DNA of 35,660 bases, taken from assembly GCA_947467125.1 (NCBI GenBank), contig CANIGN010000003.1, positions 1 through 35,660 of the forward strand, written 5' to 3'. Shown piece by piece: positions 26,943 to 35,660 of the stretch. The notes under the pieces are model-generated. The model searched no databases and had not been told where the DNA came from. It saw only the letters and a list, made by a program, of their open reading frames with translations. Origin of the DNA: Bacteriovoracaceae bacterium (GTDB lineage: Bacteria; Bdellovibrionota; UBA2428). How positions within the stretch are numbered: the stretch's first letter is position 1; each line of letters begins with the position of its first letter. Both the position numbers and the translations under genes were made by a program.

Positions 26943-27842
26943 TTAATTCGTAACTTCTTTTTGAAGCTCAAAATAGCGCAAGATTTTTTCAAGATGATCC
27001 CGGTTATGTAAGCTTGAAGACGATTTTATGACAGTACGTAAATCTTGAATAGCCGCCCGATAACGACCCATTCGAGCAAATAAGAAAGCACGTTCACGAA
27101 GAGCTTCTGTGCGTTCCACCGGACATAATTCTGACAGTGCTGTCAACACCCAGTACAAACGTGTGAGATCTTCTTTTTCAAAATAAATGGCACGTAAGTT
27201 TCGAAGCATGCGCGAAACAATTTCACGCGGATGAGCAATCTTTAAAGCCTCAGGACCAAAGGGAATCATTCCCTTTGTCCATGTTTCAAGGCGCTCTTTA
27301 CAATCATCAAGACTTAAAATTTTGGCTCCCTCAAAAGCATCAACAAACCATTCTTCGTTCGACTTTTTTTCAGAAGCTTTTTCACGATCCTTATCTTGAT
27401 CTAAAACTTTCACCAAGAAGTGACCTGGAAAACTAATTCCCGCAGCCTTAAGTTCAACCGCTCGACAAAGCTCCAAAAACACTAAGCTCAAAGTAATAGG
27501 GATACCCTTTCGACGAACAAGAACATCGTTCATAAAGGAATTTTTTACGTTGTAATAATTATTCGTGTCGCCCTGAAAACCCAGAGCCTCTCGAAAAACC
27601 GTCAGCAAAAACTCACTTTGCTCGCGAATAGATTTATTTTTAGGGAAATCCTTAAGAGCAGGCTTGAGCGATTCTCGAAAAGCCATCACCTGAGCCTTCA
27701 CATCAAGCGCGGGGTACTCAAGCTTTGAAACCCACATCCCCAACTCAATAGGATCCCAATCGTCTTTCGTAGGATCCTCAACTTTTTTGAGAAAAGAGGC
27801 CAGAGCTTCGATGGTTTTTTCTAGGGTATCTGGTGCAATCAT
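26943..27842 (-). CDS. SirB1 / transglutaminase-like family protein with a C-terminal TPR
   Basis: LGFQGD..NYY...NSF...VL.RRKGIPITLS, FPGHFLV, RMLRNL, RERAFLFARMG. Confidence 0.88.
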   Translation of the reverse strand: MIAPDTLEKTIEALASFLKKVEDPTKDDWDPIELGMWVSKLEYPALDVKAQVMAFRESLKPALKDFPKNKSIREQSEFLLTVFREALGFQGDTNNYYNVKNSFMNDVLVRRKGIPITLSLVFLELCRAVELKAAGISFPGHFLVKVLDQDKDREKASEKKSNEEWFVDAFEGAKILSLDDCKERLETWTKGMIPFGPEALKIAHPREIVSRMLRNLRAIYFEKEDLTRLYWVLTALSELCPVERTEALRERAFLFARMGRYRAAIQDLRTVIKSSSSLHNRDHLEKILRYFELQKEVTN

Positions 27843-27932
27843 TTTAATCCATTCCTAGGGAAACCCGGCCACCTCGATAATCCCCCTGAACGCTTACATC
27901 TTATCGCTTTATGGAGTATTAATCTACTCACG

Positions 27933-29396
27933 ATGGCGCGGCGTCTTGGCATTTACACACTTGGACATTACTTGAGTCTTCCAAACGCTCTGAGTAAAAA
28001 AATCTGGAATCCCTTACTTAAAAACTATGAGACATGGGAACTGAGCTATCTCGATACGTCAAAAGCCCAAGATAAAGCAAATCTGGAAGAAACGCTTGAA
28101 GGGATGCTTTTAACGCATCAACAAATTCTCAAAGGCTTCTTTCCTCTAGTAGAAAGAGTTGAATGCCTTGAAAGAATAGAAGCTGAATTCTCTAAGAACT
28201 TCAACAACTTGGCTGCGATTCTATCCATGGAAATCCAAAAGCCCACTGCCCTAGCCCAACTTGAATGCGAGCGCTCGCTCGACACAATAAGAGCAACGAT
28301 TGAACTCGGAAGAGAATTACTCAAAAAACCCCTTACAAGAGAAGCCGAAGGTCGAGGCTCTTTTAGAGGATCATCTAGTGCAAGACCTCGAGGAATAGCC
28401 TTGGGCGTTACACCTTTCAATTTTCCCTATAACTTGAGTTTGCATAAAATTGCTCCCGCTCTTTTAGCGGGATCTCCTTTGATCTGGAGACCTTCTGAAA
28501 AATGCCAACTCACAAACCTTGCGCTGGTCGATGTACTTCATGCAGCAAAAGTTCCCGCAGGGCTCATCGCTTTTCTTCCCATGACTCATAAAAGTTTTTG
28601 GAACCTTTTAGAAGATTCACGAATAAATTGTGTTTCCTTTACGGGATCAGAAAAAATTGGCTGGCAAATAAGAGAGAGATTCAAGGGACCTCTTATTTTA
28701 GAACTTGGTGGAACAGCACCCGTCTACCTTGAAAAAATGAAAGACTTAGAACTTCAAAACGCTCTTAAAGAAATCGCAGTAAGTGCTTTTTCTTTTTCAG
28801 GACAAAGCTGCATCTCTGCTCAAAACTTAGCAATCCAAGAAGATATTTTTGAAGAAGCTGTTTCCCTACTCAAAAAAGAAGTTGATACATTTCCATCAGG
28901 AAGTGCAGACGCAGAAAAAGTTTTGTGTTCAGGAGTGATCGATGAAGACGCATACAATCGTATTCAAAAAACTCTCAATCATGCAACAAAAGATGGAGCT
29001 GAACTTTACTCTCAAAAGATATCGCCTCCAGAAAATGTTTTAAATTTTGTAGCCCCTACTCTTATTTTTAACCCTTCTGAGAAATTAAAAAGCGAGGAAC
29101 TCTTTGCACCCTTGCTAAACGTCTTTAAAGTTAAAAACATTGATGAATTTATAACTTTTGCAAATCACCTTCCTCATCGATTACAAGCTGCGATTTACTC
29201 GAGCGACTCAATGTCACTTGAAAAAGCTGAAAGAGAACTCGTCTTTGGAGGCGTTGCGCTGAATATTGCACCCTCTGTGCGCGTCGATTCCCTGCCTTAT
29301 GGAGGAAGAGGGCTCGCTGGATTAGGATCAGAAGATCCGCAAAGCAGTTATGAATTTTTTTCAGCAATGAAAACGATTTATGCAAAAAAGAATTAG
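27933..29396 (+). CDS. Aldehyde dehydrogenase family protein
   Basis: TPFNFP, FTGS, ELGG, GQSCIS (catalytic Cys), EELFAP, PYGG. Confidence 0.9.
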   Translation: MARRLGIYTLGHYLSLPNALSKKIWNPLLKNYETWELSYLDTSKAQDKANLEETLEGMLLTHQQILKGFFPLVERVECLERIEAEFSKNFNNLAAILSMEIQKPTALAQLECERSLDTIRATIELGRELLKKPLTREAEGRGSFRGSSSARPRGIALGVTPFNFPYNLSLHKIAPALLAGSPLIWRPSEKCQLTNLALVDVLHAAKVPAGLIAFLPMTHKSFWNLLEDSRINCVSFTGSEKIGWQIRERFKGPLILELGGTAPVYLEKMKDLELQNALKEIAVSAFSFSGQSCISAQNLAIQEDIFEEAVSLLKKEVDTFPSGSADAEKVLCSGVIDEDAYNRIQKTLNHATKDGAELYSQKISPPENVLNFVAPTLIFNPSEKLKSEELFAPLLNVFKVKNIDEFITFANHLPHRLQAAIYSSDSMSLEKAERELVFGGVALNIAPSVRVDSLPYGGRGLAGLGSEDPQSSYEFFSAMKTIYAKKN

Positions 29397-29404
29397 GAGA
29401 AAAC

Positions 29405-30370
29405 ATGACTTTTAAAAATATAAAATCAACAGCACTTCTTCTTTTAACAATGCAGCTATCTTTTGCAGAAGACATCACTCCAAAGATTGGTTTACTTTTA
29501 CAAACCTGGGCCTTCAACGATACAACTCTTGAGGCAAAGGCTAATTTTCGAATTCGAAGAGCCGAAATAAAATTAGGCGGAAAAACCAGTCCGGAATTAA
29601 GATACTTTGTATCCATTGATCCGGCAAAAAGTTTAAAAGAAGGCGCCGTGTCCAAAGCGAACGATAATAAAATTCTTCAGGATCTCGGTATTGAATACTC
29701 TCTCACTCCAGAATTTAAAATCACCGCAGGACAGTTCAAAGCTCCGAACACAGTAGAAAGTTTTACCTCGTCTTCTGAACTTCTATTAGCAGAACGCGCA
29801 ATCCAAAGCAGGAGCTACGGAGATAACCGTGAAACCGGCCTCATGCTGAGCTTTGAAAACGAAAAACTCAAAACGAAACTCATGCTTTCGAACGGTGGAA
29901 AAACAAACACAAACGATGACAATTCTGCAAAAGATCTAAACGCAAGAATTGATTACATGCCCACTGAAAACATAAGCCTTGGTACTTTTGCTACCTACGT
30001 AGACACAAGACAAAGCAAAGCTTACAGAAATGGTGCAAACTTTAAATTCTCATGGAACTCGTTCACCCTAGCAGCTGAAGGAATCACCGGAAAAGAAGCG
30101 GGTACTCCCTTTACTGGCTATTACGCAGATTTGTTTTATGACTATAAAACAATCCTCTTGCCAGTTGTCCGTTACGAATACCTTGACGCAAACAATCTCG
30201 TCTCACATATTTACAATATTGGACTCAGCTATAAACTTTTAGAATCCAAAGCCAAACTCCAACTTAATTATGCATTCTTAGATAATGCAACAACAGATAT
30301 GGGTTCACCAAAAACATTAAATGCATCAAAGGGAAGCCTCGTGATTGCCAACTTCCAACTCTCTTTTTAA
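29405..30370 (+). CDS. Porin, OprO/OprP-like
   Basis: Signal peptide; FRIRRAEI, AGQFKAP, SSS.L...ER, R..G.M; C-terminal FQLSF; AGGAG RBS. Confidence 0.75.
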   Translation: MTFKNIKSTALLLLTMQLSFAEDITPKIGLLLQTWAFNDTTLEAKANFRIRRAEIKLGGKTSPELRYFVSIDPAKSLKEGAVSKANDNKILQDLGIEYSLTPEFKITAGQFKAPNTVESFTSSSELLLAERAIQSRSYGDNRETGLMLSFENEKLKTKLMLSNGGKTNTNDDNSAKDLNARIDYMPTENISLGTFATYVDTRQSKAYRNGANFKFSWNSFTLAAEGITGKEAGTPFTGYYADLFYDYKTILLPVVRYEYLDANNLVSHIYNIGLSYKLLESKAKLQLNYAFLDNATTDMGSPKTLNASKGSLVIANFQLSF

Positions 30371-30379
30371 GCTCTTCTC

Positions 30380-31846
30380 ATGCAAACTTACGGACAAGTT
30401 CTTGAGCATTGGAAAAAAATTGAAACTCTAGGATCTGCTCAGAGTATTTTATACTGGGACATGGAAACTTACATGCCCGAAGGTTCCACTCCTACGCGCC
30501 AAGCTCACTTAACTCTCATAAGCGGACTTATTCACCAGTGGACAAATGATCCAAAATTTAAAGAAGCTGTCCTTTCTCAAAAAATTAAAGCTTCTAATGA
30601 AATTGAAAAAAGAAATCTGGAACTTTGGACAAAAAGCATTCTTGTAAGTTCTGCTGTAGACGAAAAATTCGTCGCAAAATTTTCTAAGATTTCTACAGAA
30701 TGTAACGTCAAATGGAGAGCAGCCAAAAAAGACTCCAACTTTAAAAGTATTGAACCACTTTTTAAGGAATTAGTTTCACTTTGTCGTGAAAACTTAGAAA
30801 AAATAAAAAACCTTCCTGATCTCAAATCTCGCTATGCAAACAAGAGTCTCTATGGAGTGGCCTTCGATCAATTTGAACCTGGTCTTGATATTACGGAGAT
30901 GGAAAAGCTTCTCACCAATCTCTGCAAAGGAACAAAAGATCGCCTTCCTCAATTCATCGAAAAAGCGCAGAAAAATAAAAAAGATATTCAAATCGACCCC
31001 AAACTCATCAACAAAGAATTCTGCAAAGATCTTATGGGTAAATTTGCTTTTGATTTTACGAAAGGCCGCCTCGATGAAAGCACCCACCCCTTTTGTGGTG
31101 GCACCACAGGGGACGTGCGTCTCACAACAAGGCTCAACCCTACAGATGCCGTAGAGGATTTATTCAGCACTTTGCACGAACTTGGTCACGCACTCTACGA
31201 ACAAGGTCTTCCCGAAAAAACAGCTTACGAGCCTGCCGGAAAAGCTTGCTCGATGGGCGTTCATGAATCACAAAGCCGCTTTCTTGAAAACTTCATTGGT
31301 CGCTCTCGCGCTTTTAGCAATTATCTTGCTCAAAAATTAAACGTTGATGCAGAAGCACTCTATTCACGCCTAAACCCCATCAAACTCGACTACATTCGGG
31401 TTGATTCCGATGAAGTTACATACAACTTCCATATTCTTTTACGTTTTGAAATGGAACGTGACCTCATGGAAGGAAAACTTGAAGTCAAAGACCTTCCTGA
31501 AAAATGGAATGCTCGCTTTCAAGAACTCACAGGACTTAAAGTCACGAAAGACTCCTTGGGTTGTTTGCAGGATACTCATTGGTATTCAGGTTCTTTTGGA
31601 TACTTTCCCTCTTACAGTTTAGGAAATATGTTTGCAGCAGAATTGTTCGTTGATTTTCAAAAAGCTCATCCCGATTGGAGTGAAAAAGTTTCACAGGGCC
31701 ACTTTGAATTTGTGCGCAACTTTATGGCCGATCGAGTGTATCCTCTAGCCGCTCACTACGATTCACCCGAAACAATGCAAAAAATCATTGGCCGCAAAGT
31801 CTCCGAACAAACCTTGCTCCAATATTTTGATAAAAAATTTGGGTAA
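30380..31846 (+). CDS. Carboxypeptidase, family M32 (Taq type)
   Basis: WD...MP, HPFC, DVRLTTR, HELGHALYEQ, HESQSRF, IRVDSDE, GCLQDTHW, GYFPSYSLG. Confidence 0.95.
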   Translation: MQTYGQVLEHWKKIETLGSAQSILYWDMETYMPEGSTPTRQAHLTLISGLIHQWTNDPKFKEAVLSQKIKASNEIEKRNLELWTKSILVSSAVDEKFVAKFSKISTECNVKWRAAKKDSNFKSIEPLFKELVSLCRENLEKIKNLPDLKSRYANKSLYGVAFDQFEPGLDITEMEKLLTNLCKGTKDRLPQFIEKAQKNKKDIQIDPKLINKEFCKDLMGKFAFDFTKGRLDESTHPFCGGTTGDVRLTTRLNPTDAVEDLFSTLHELGHALYEQGLPEKTAYEPAGKACSMGVHESQSRFLENFIGRSRAFSNYLAQKLNVDAEALYSRLNPIKLDYIRVDSDEVTYNFHILLRFEMERDLMEGKLEVKDLPEKWNARFQELTGLKVTKDSLGCLQDTHWYSGSFGYFPSYSLGNMFAAELFVDFQKAHPDWSEKVSQGHFEFVRNFMADRVYPLAAHYDSPETMQKIIGRKVSEQTLLQYFDKKFG

Positions 31847-31858
31847 AGGTTAAAAAAA

Positions 31859-33277
31859 CTAAATAAACTCGGACATGCTCTTTAACAGAAGTCGCTGAGT
31901 GATTTGTTTGATTTTGTTTTGAGCAAGCGAACCATCGCCAAAACGATCTTTCCAAGCAGAAACAGGAATGACAGCCTTCGCCATACTTCTATGCCCACCA
32001 GCCGAACCTAATTTGTCAAAATTTTCTTTAAAAATTTCTCCGCAATGAAGATCGTTTTCCCAGTTTCGACCAGAAATAACAATCGAATCATCCACAATAC
32101 CTGCAGCCGCCGCCAAGCGAACTCCATGAATTTGAGATACAAAATCTGCCGCTTGAGGAATCCAATCTTCAGTAACAATGTCTGGTAGAACAATCACTCC
32201 TAAGCTAGAGCGAATTTTAAAAGTCTTAAGAGACCGTCGCAAAGAATCAATATACCCCACGGGTAGTTCAGGACGTTCTATTTTTCGCAACTGCGGTCCA
32301 TTCACTTTTGGAAAAAGAGTTACAAAAGCTTCAAGATCTTTCTCCGAAACTCCACGATTAAAAAACAAAGTGTCGGATTTGATTCCGTAGTGAAGAGCTG
32401 TCGCCAAACGATGACTCACCTCTACTCCTGCAGCTTCAAGATAGAGAGTAAAAAGAGTTGAAATTGATCCTAGCTCTTCATCAATCTCCACCCACTCACA
32501 CAAATCGAGTGCAGGACTCTCTCCACGAGGATGATGATCGATCACGACATCACAGCGAATATCTCGACCTTTAAAGAAAGAAGGCTGACAATCTACAAAA
32601 ACGATTTTATCAAATTCGTTGATCGTTTTTTCAGTAACACGTTCTACTTCGATTTCAAGAAGTTGAACCATCGCTAAGTTTTCGGGGCGAGAAATACGAC
32701 CAAAAGAAACAATCGGAGCTGTCTGTGCATTTCTTCCCAAAATTTTTCGAAGTGCAAGAGCTCCCGCTAAACCATCTGGATCAGGATCATCTTGTAATAA
32801 AATCGCAACTCGTTCCGCGTCTACTAGTAAATTCTGCAGACCTACAATTTTGGATTGTATGCCCAAAAGATCCAGCTCATGAGCAAAACCCGACTCCATG
32901 AGATCTTTCCAGGCAACACTTCGCCGAACTTGGCCGAGAGCTGTTTTAGAAATTCGAGTTCCAAGTCTGAGGATCTGAATAGTGGGCAGTCGGCTTTTTA
33001 AAATACTTTCAACTTCTTCAGTACGATGAATATCCTCAAAACCTAAAATAGCGACAACATTTTTTCTAGCAGGATCAGGAAGAGAGCACTCTTCTGCAGC
33101 TAAACGAGGACTTTCAACAGAACGACCCACAAAGCTTGATCCGTTTGTAGGAGTGATGATCCAACCGCGGCCATCAATCCAAAGACCCAGAGCACTTTTA
33201 GCAGAGAGAATTGTTGTTATACTTTCAGCAGGCCAGCTCTGATCTGCAAAAACATAATAAAGCGTCGAACGGGCCAC
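31859..33277 (-). CDS. DHH/DHHA1 phosphoesterase (NrnA-like) with an N-terminal extension
   Basis: DDPDPDGLA, FVD, IDHH, GIKSDT, ISGR, AGGH; about 150 extra N-terminal residues. Confidence 0.85.
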   Translation of the reverse strand: MARSTLYYVFADQSWPAESITTILSAKSALGLWIDGRGWIITPTNGSSFVGRSVESPRLAAEECSLPDPARKNVVAILGFEDIHRTEEVESILKSRLPTIQILRLGTRISKTALGQVRRSVAWKDLMESGFAHELDLLGIQSKIVGLQNLLVDAERVAILLQDDPDPDGLAGALALRKILGRNAQTAPIVSFGRISRPENLAMVQLLEIEVERVTEKTINEFDKIVFVDCQPSFFKGRDIRCDVVIDHHPRGESPALDLCEWVEIDEELGSISTLFTLYLEAAGVEVSHRLATALHYGIKSDTLFFNRGVSEKDLEAFVTLFPKVNGPQLRKIERPELPVGYIDSLRRSLKTFKIRSSLGVIVLPDIVTEDWIPQAADFVSQIHGVRLAAAAGIVDDSIVISGRNWENDLHCGEIFKENFDKLGSAGGHRSMAKAVIPVSAWKDRFGDGSLAQNKIKQITQRLLLKSMSEFI

Positions 33278-33335
33278 AATCTAATTTTTATCATCCTCAA
33301 GGAACATGTCCAGACAAGCTGTTCGCGTTCGAGAA

Positions 33336-34157
33336 TTATTCTGCGTTCATTTTCGTTTCATCTAAAGCAGTCTTATTTTCTTTATTTTTAATAGCTGTGT
33401 TCACTAAAAACCTGATTAAATTCGAGCGCTTAGCTCCGCCCAACAAAACCCTTAAATCCTCGTGCAAAGACGCGTCATTGACCAAAGCACCTAAAGTTCC
33501 CTCGCCCTTATCAACTTTCGCCAACACTGAATCCAAGTGAGTGAGGCTTTGATCTAATTTTTGTCCCCAATTGCCTTGAGTGTTTTTTTTCAAATTTGCA
33601 GAAGCTGTCACCATATTTTCTAAAATTTCATCGATTCTTTTTCCAGTTTTTCCACCTTTAAAAATAATCGACATATTCTGGGTGAGTTCGCGAATATTCT
33701 CTAAAGCCTCTCCGCCCTTTTCTAGATATCCTTGAAGTCCTGCGTCTTCATGGCTTCCAACTCGAGCATCTTCTTGCAAAAGATCTCCACCTTCTCCTTC
33801 GAGCAACACTAATGTTTTATCACCCAACATACCCGCTGATGAAATCTCAGCCTTTAGACTGGAACGCAATCGATCACGGTAACGACCCTCAACAGAAAAT
33901 CCAATCAAAACTCCTCTCTCACCAGGAGGCGGAAGCGCTTTGCGAAGGACGCGGCCCACATCCACACCCGACATGTAAACAGGTGCCCCCACGTTTAATC
34001 CACGAGCATCTTTAAAAAGAGCATTGAGTCTTAATTCGCTATTGAAGACTCCACTTCCCCCCATGAAGACAACAAATCCCGCACCCACAATCAGGGTTAC
34101 AAGAACAAATAATCCAACAATGAGGGTTGATGATCCTTTAGCGTTCGGTGCTTCCAT
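33336..34157 (-). CDS. mlaD: MCE/MlaD family protein
   Basis: N-terminal TM; GLNVGAPVYMSGVDVGRV, GMLGDK; helical C-terminal region with GEGTLGALVND. Confidence 0.9.
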   Translation of the reverse strand: MEAPNAKGSSTLIVGLFVLVTLIVGAGFVVFMGGSGVFNSELRLNALFKDARGLNVGAPVYMSGVDVGRVLRKALPPPGERGVLIGFSVEGRYRDRLRSSLKAEISSAGMLGDKTLVLLEGEGGDLLQEDARVGSHEDAGLQGYLEKGGEALENIRELTQNMSIIFKGGKTGKRIDEILENMVTASANLKKNTQGNWGQKLDQSLTHLDSVLAKVDKGEGTLGALVNDASLHEDLRVLLGGAKRSNLIRFLVNTAIKNKENKTALDETKMNAE

Positions 34158-34881
34158 TTGTTACTCCTGTCATAAACTCTTCAATGCGTTTGTCTTTACG
34201 CATTTCTGCAACGGTTCCTGAAACAACTATCTTTCCATCTTTCAAAAGCGATATCCGCTCAGACACTGCAATCGCAGTGGGCATATCATGAGTTACAAGG
34301 ATTCCCGATTTTCCACGTTTTTTGAGATCGAGCATAATATCTTGAATGACGCGAGTGTTGAGGGGATCAAGCCCCGCAGTGGGCTCATCGTACAAAATAA
34401 TTTCAGGATCAAGAATAATCGCGCGCGCTAAACCCGCTCTTTTTTGCATTCCACCAGATAAATCAGAGGGAAATAAGTTTTCGGTTCCCTGCAGACCAAT
34501 CAACTCAAGAATTTCTTTCACGCGTTTCTTTTTTTGTGCTTTTGACAAATTTGTATGCGCATCGAGAGGATAGAGTAAATTTTCTTCGACTGTGAAGGAA
34601 TCAAAAAGCGCTCCGTTTTGAAAAGCATAGGCGATTTCTTTGCGCACTTTAAACCAATCTTCTTCAGAGTAAGAAGACATGTTTTGACCTTTGTAGCGCA
34701 TCGTTCCTGAATCAGGTTTCTCAAGGCCGATAAGAGCTCTTAAGAAAACGCTTTTTCCAGAGCCACTTTGGCCCAATAAGCAAACAATTTCTCCCTTTTG
34801 GAGATTAAAGTTAACACCTTTATGAACCAATTTAGATCCGTAACTTTTTTTAAAATCTAAAACTTCTACAAGAGGATCCAT
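34138..34881 (-). CDS. mlaF: MlaF/Mkl ABC transporter ATPase
   Basis: GQSGSGKS, FQNGALFDS, LSGGMQKRAGLARA, YDEPTAGLDP, VTHD. Start is ATG 34881 after GAGGAG. Confidence 0.92.
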   Translation of the reverse strand: MDPLVEVLDFKKSYGSKLVHKGVNFNLQKGEIVCLLGQSGSGKSVFLRALIGLEKPDSGTMRYKGQNMSSYSEEDWFKVRKEIAYAFQNGALFDSFTVEENLLYPLDAHTNLSKAQKKKRVKEILELIGLQGTENLFPSDLSGGMQKRAGLARAIILDPEIILYDEPTAGLDPLNTRVIQDIMLDLKKRGKSGILVTHDMPTAIAVSERISLLKDGKIVVSGTVAEMRKDKRIEEFMTGVTNGSTER

Positions 34882-34883
34882 AT

Positions 34884-35660
34884 TCAACTCCTCATCATTT
34901 CGTGTTCGATCATCCACAAAAGTTTTGTGAGAACAAAGTCTGCAATCAAAATGACAATAGAAGATTTAACGACAGCATCTGTTGTGGCATTTCCTACTCC
35001 TACAGTTCCACCACGAGCACGATATCCTTCGTTGCAACTAATCGTTGAAATCAAAAACCCAAAGACCAATCCCTTCAACAAACCACCCACAACGTCGCGA
35101 GTGTTGATAATTTCAAACGACTTAAAAAAGTAATCATGTGCCTGAAGCCCTAACTGAGAAGAGGACGCCATCATCCCGCCAAACACTCCAACTAAATCAG
35201 CAAGCAAAGTCAGCAAAGGCGTTACGAGTGTCAGAGCTAAAACCTTGGGTGCAATCACTTTGCGAATAGGATCCGTGCCCAAAGCACGAATCGCATCGAT
35301 CTGCTGGCTGACTTTCATCGAAGCGATTTGTGCAGCCATTCCCGCTCCCACTCGACCCGAAAGCATGAGTGCCGTAAAGATCGGACCTAACTCACGACAC
35401 AAAGAAATCGCAACGATCTTGGGTACGTAGTACTTTGCACCAAAACGCTCGAGACCAAAACCAAATTGAATAGCAAGAACCAATCCCGTTGATAAAGCTG
35501 CGACAAAAACGATGAGGAATGATTGCACTCCGAGCATATTCATTTCGTAAGTCAGTTCTGAAAATGCGGGAGGTTTTTTGATCCACACACGAATCGTCTC
35601 AGCGGTGAGTAAAGAATACTCGCCCAAAGCCTCTATTTGCTGAAAGGTTCTTTTCTTTAA
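34884..35660 (-). CDS. mlaE: MlaE ABC transporter permease (5' end probably outside the window)
   Basis: RELGPIFTALMLSGRVG, MKVSQQIDAIRALG.DP, GVGNATT.AVV. The frame is open to the window edge. Confidence 0.92.
   Translation of the reverse strand, partial: LKKRTFQQIEALGEYSLLTAETIRVWIKKPPAFSELTYEMNMLGVQSFLIVFVAALSTGLVLAIQFGFGLERFGAKYYVPKIVAISLCRELGPIFTALMLSGRVGAGMAAQIASMKVSQQIDAIRALGTDPIRKVIAPKVLALTLVTPLLTLLADLVGVFGGMMASSSQLGLQAHDYFFKSFEIINTRDVVGGLLKGLVFGFLISTISCNEGYRARGGTVGVGNATTDAVVKSSIVILIADFVLTKLLWMIEHEMMRS

Noticed and set aside
1-35660. CRISPR arrays, IS elements, prophage, defence systems, tRNA or rRNA
   Set aside because: No spaced repeats, transposase, integrase or phage motifs, or tRNA/rRNA signatures were seen. 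Intergenic gaps are all under about 250 nt.

Overview
An AT-rich (roughly 40% GC, estimated by eye), gene-dense chromosomal window. Gene content suggests a Bdellovibrionota/Oligoflexia-like diderm bacterium; this is an inference from the short EF-Ts, rpsB-tsf-pyrH-frr-uppS-cdsA-rseP without dxr, pdxS/pdxT, and the secreted hypotheticals and beta-barrels. In order it holds: a partial mpl and an overlapping serine hydrolase, yfgM-bamB-like genes, an OMP, a MAPEG protein, a UvrC lacking its C-terminal HhH domain, a four-gene operon (secreted fungal-type GH15 glucoamylase, PTS EIIBA, HPr, EI, with no EIIC permease), the rpsB cluster with its t44/S2 leader, ruvX-mltG, an FHA protein preceded by an unannotated ~175-nt structured RNA, an OMP, pdxST, a secreted hypothetical, a lone low-GC Wzc-like pseudokinase behind a sigma28-like promoter, a SirB1-like protein, ALDH-porin-M32 carboxypeptidase, a DHH phosphoesterase and mlaEFD. 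No IS, prophage, CRISPR, tRNA or rRNA was seen. The strongest candidates for new biology are the glucoamylase-PTS module, the structured intergenic RNA and the orphan Wzc pseudokinase.
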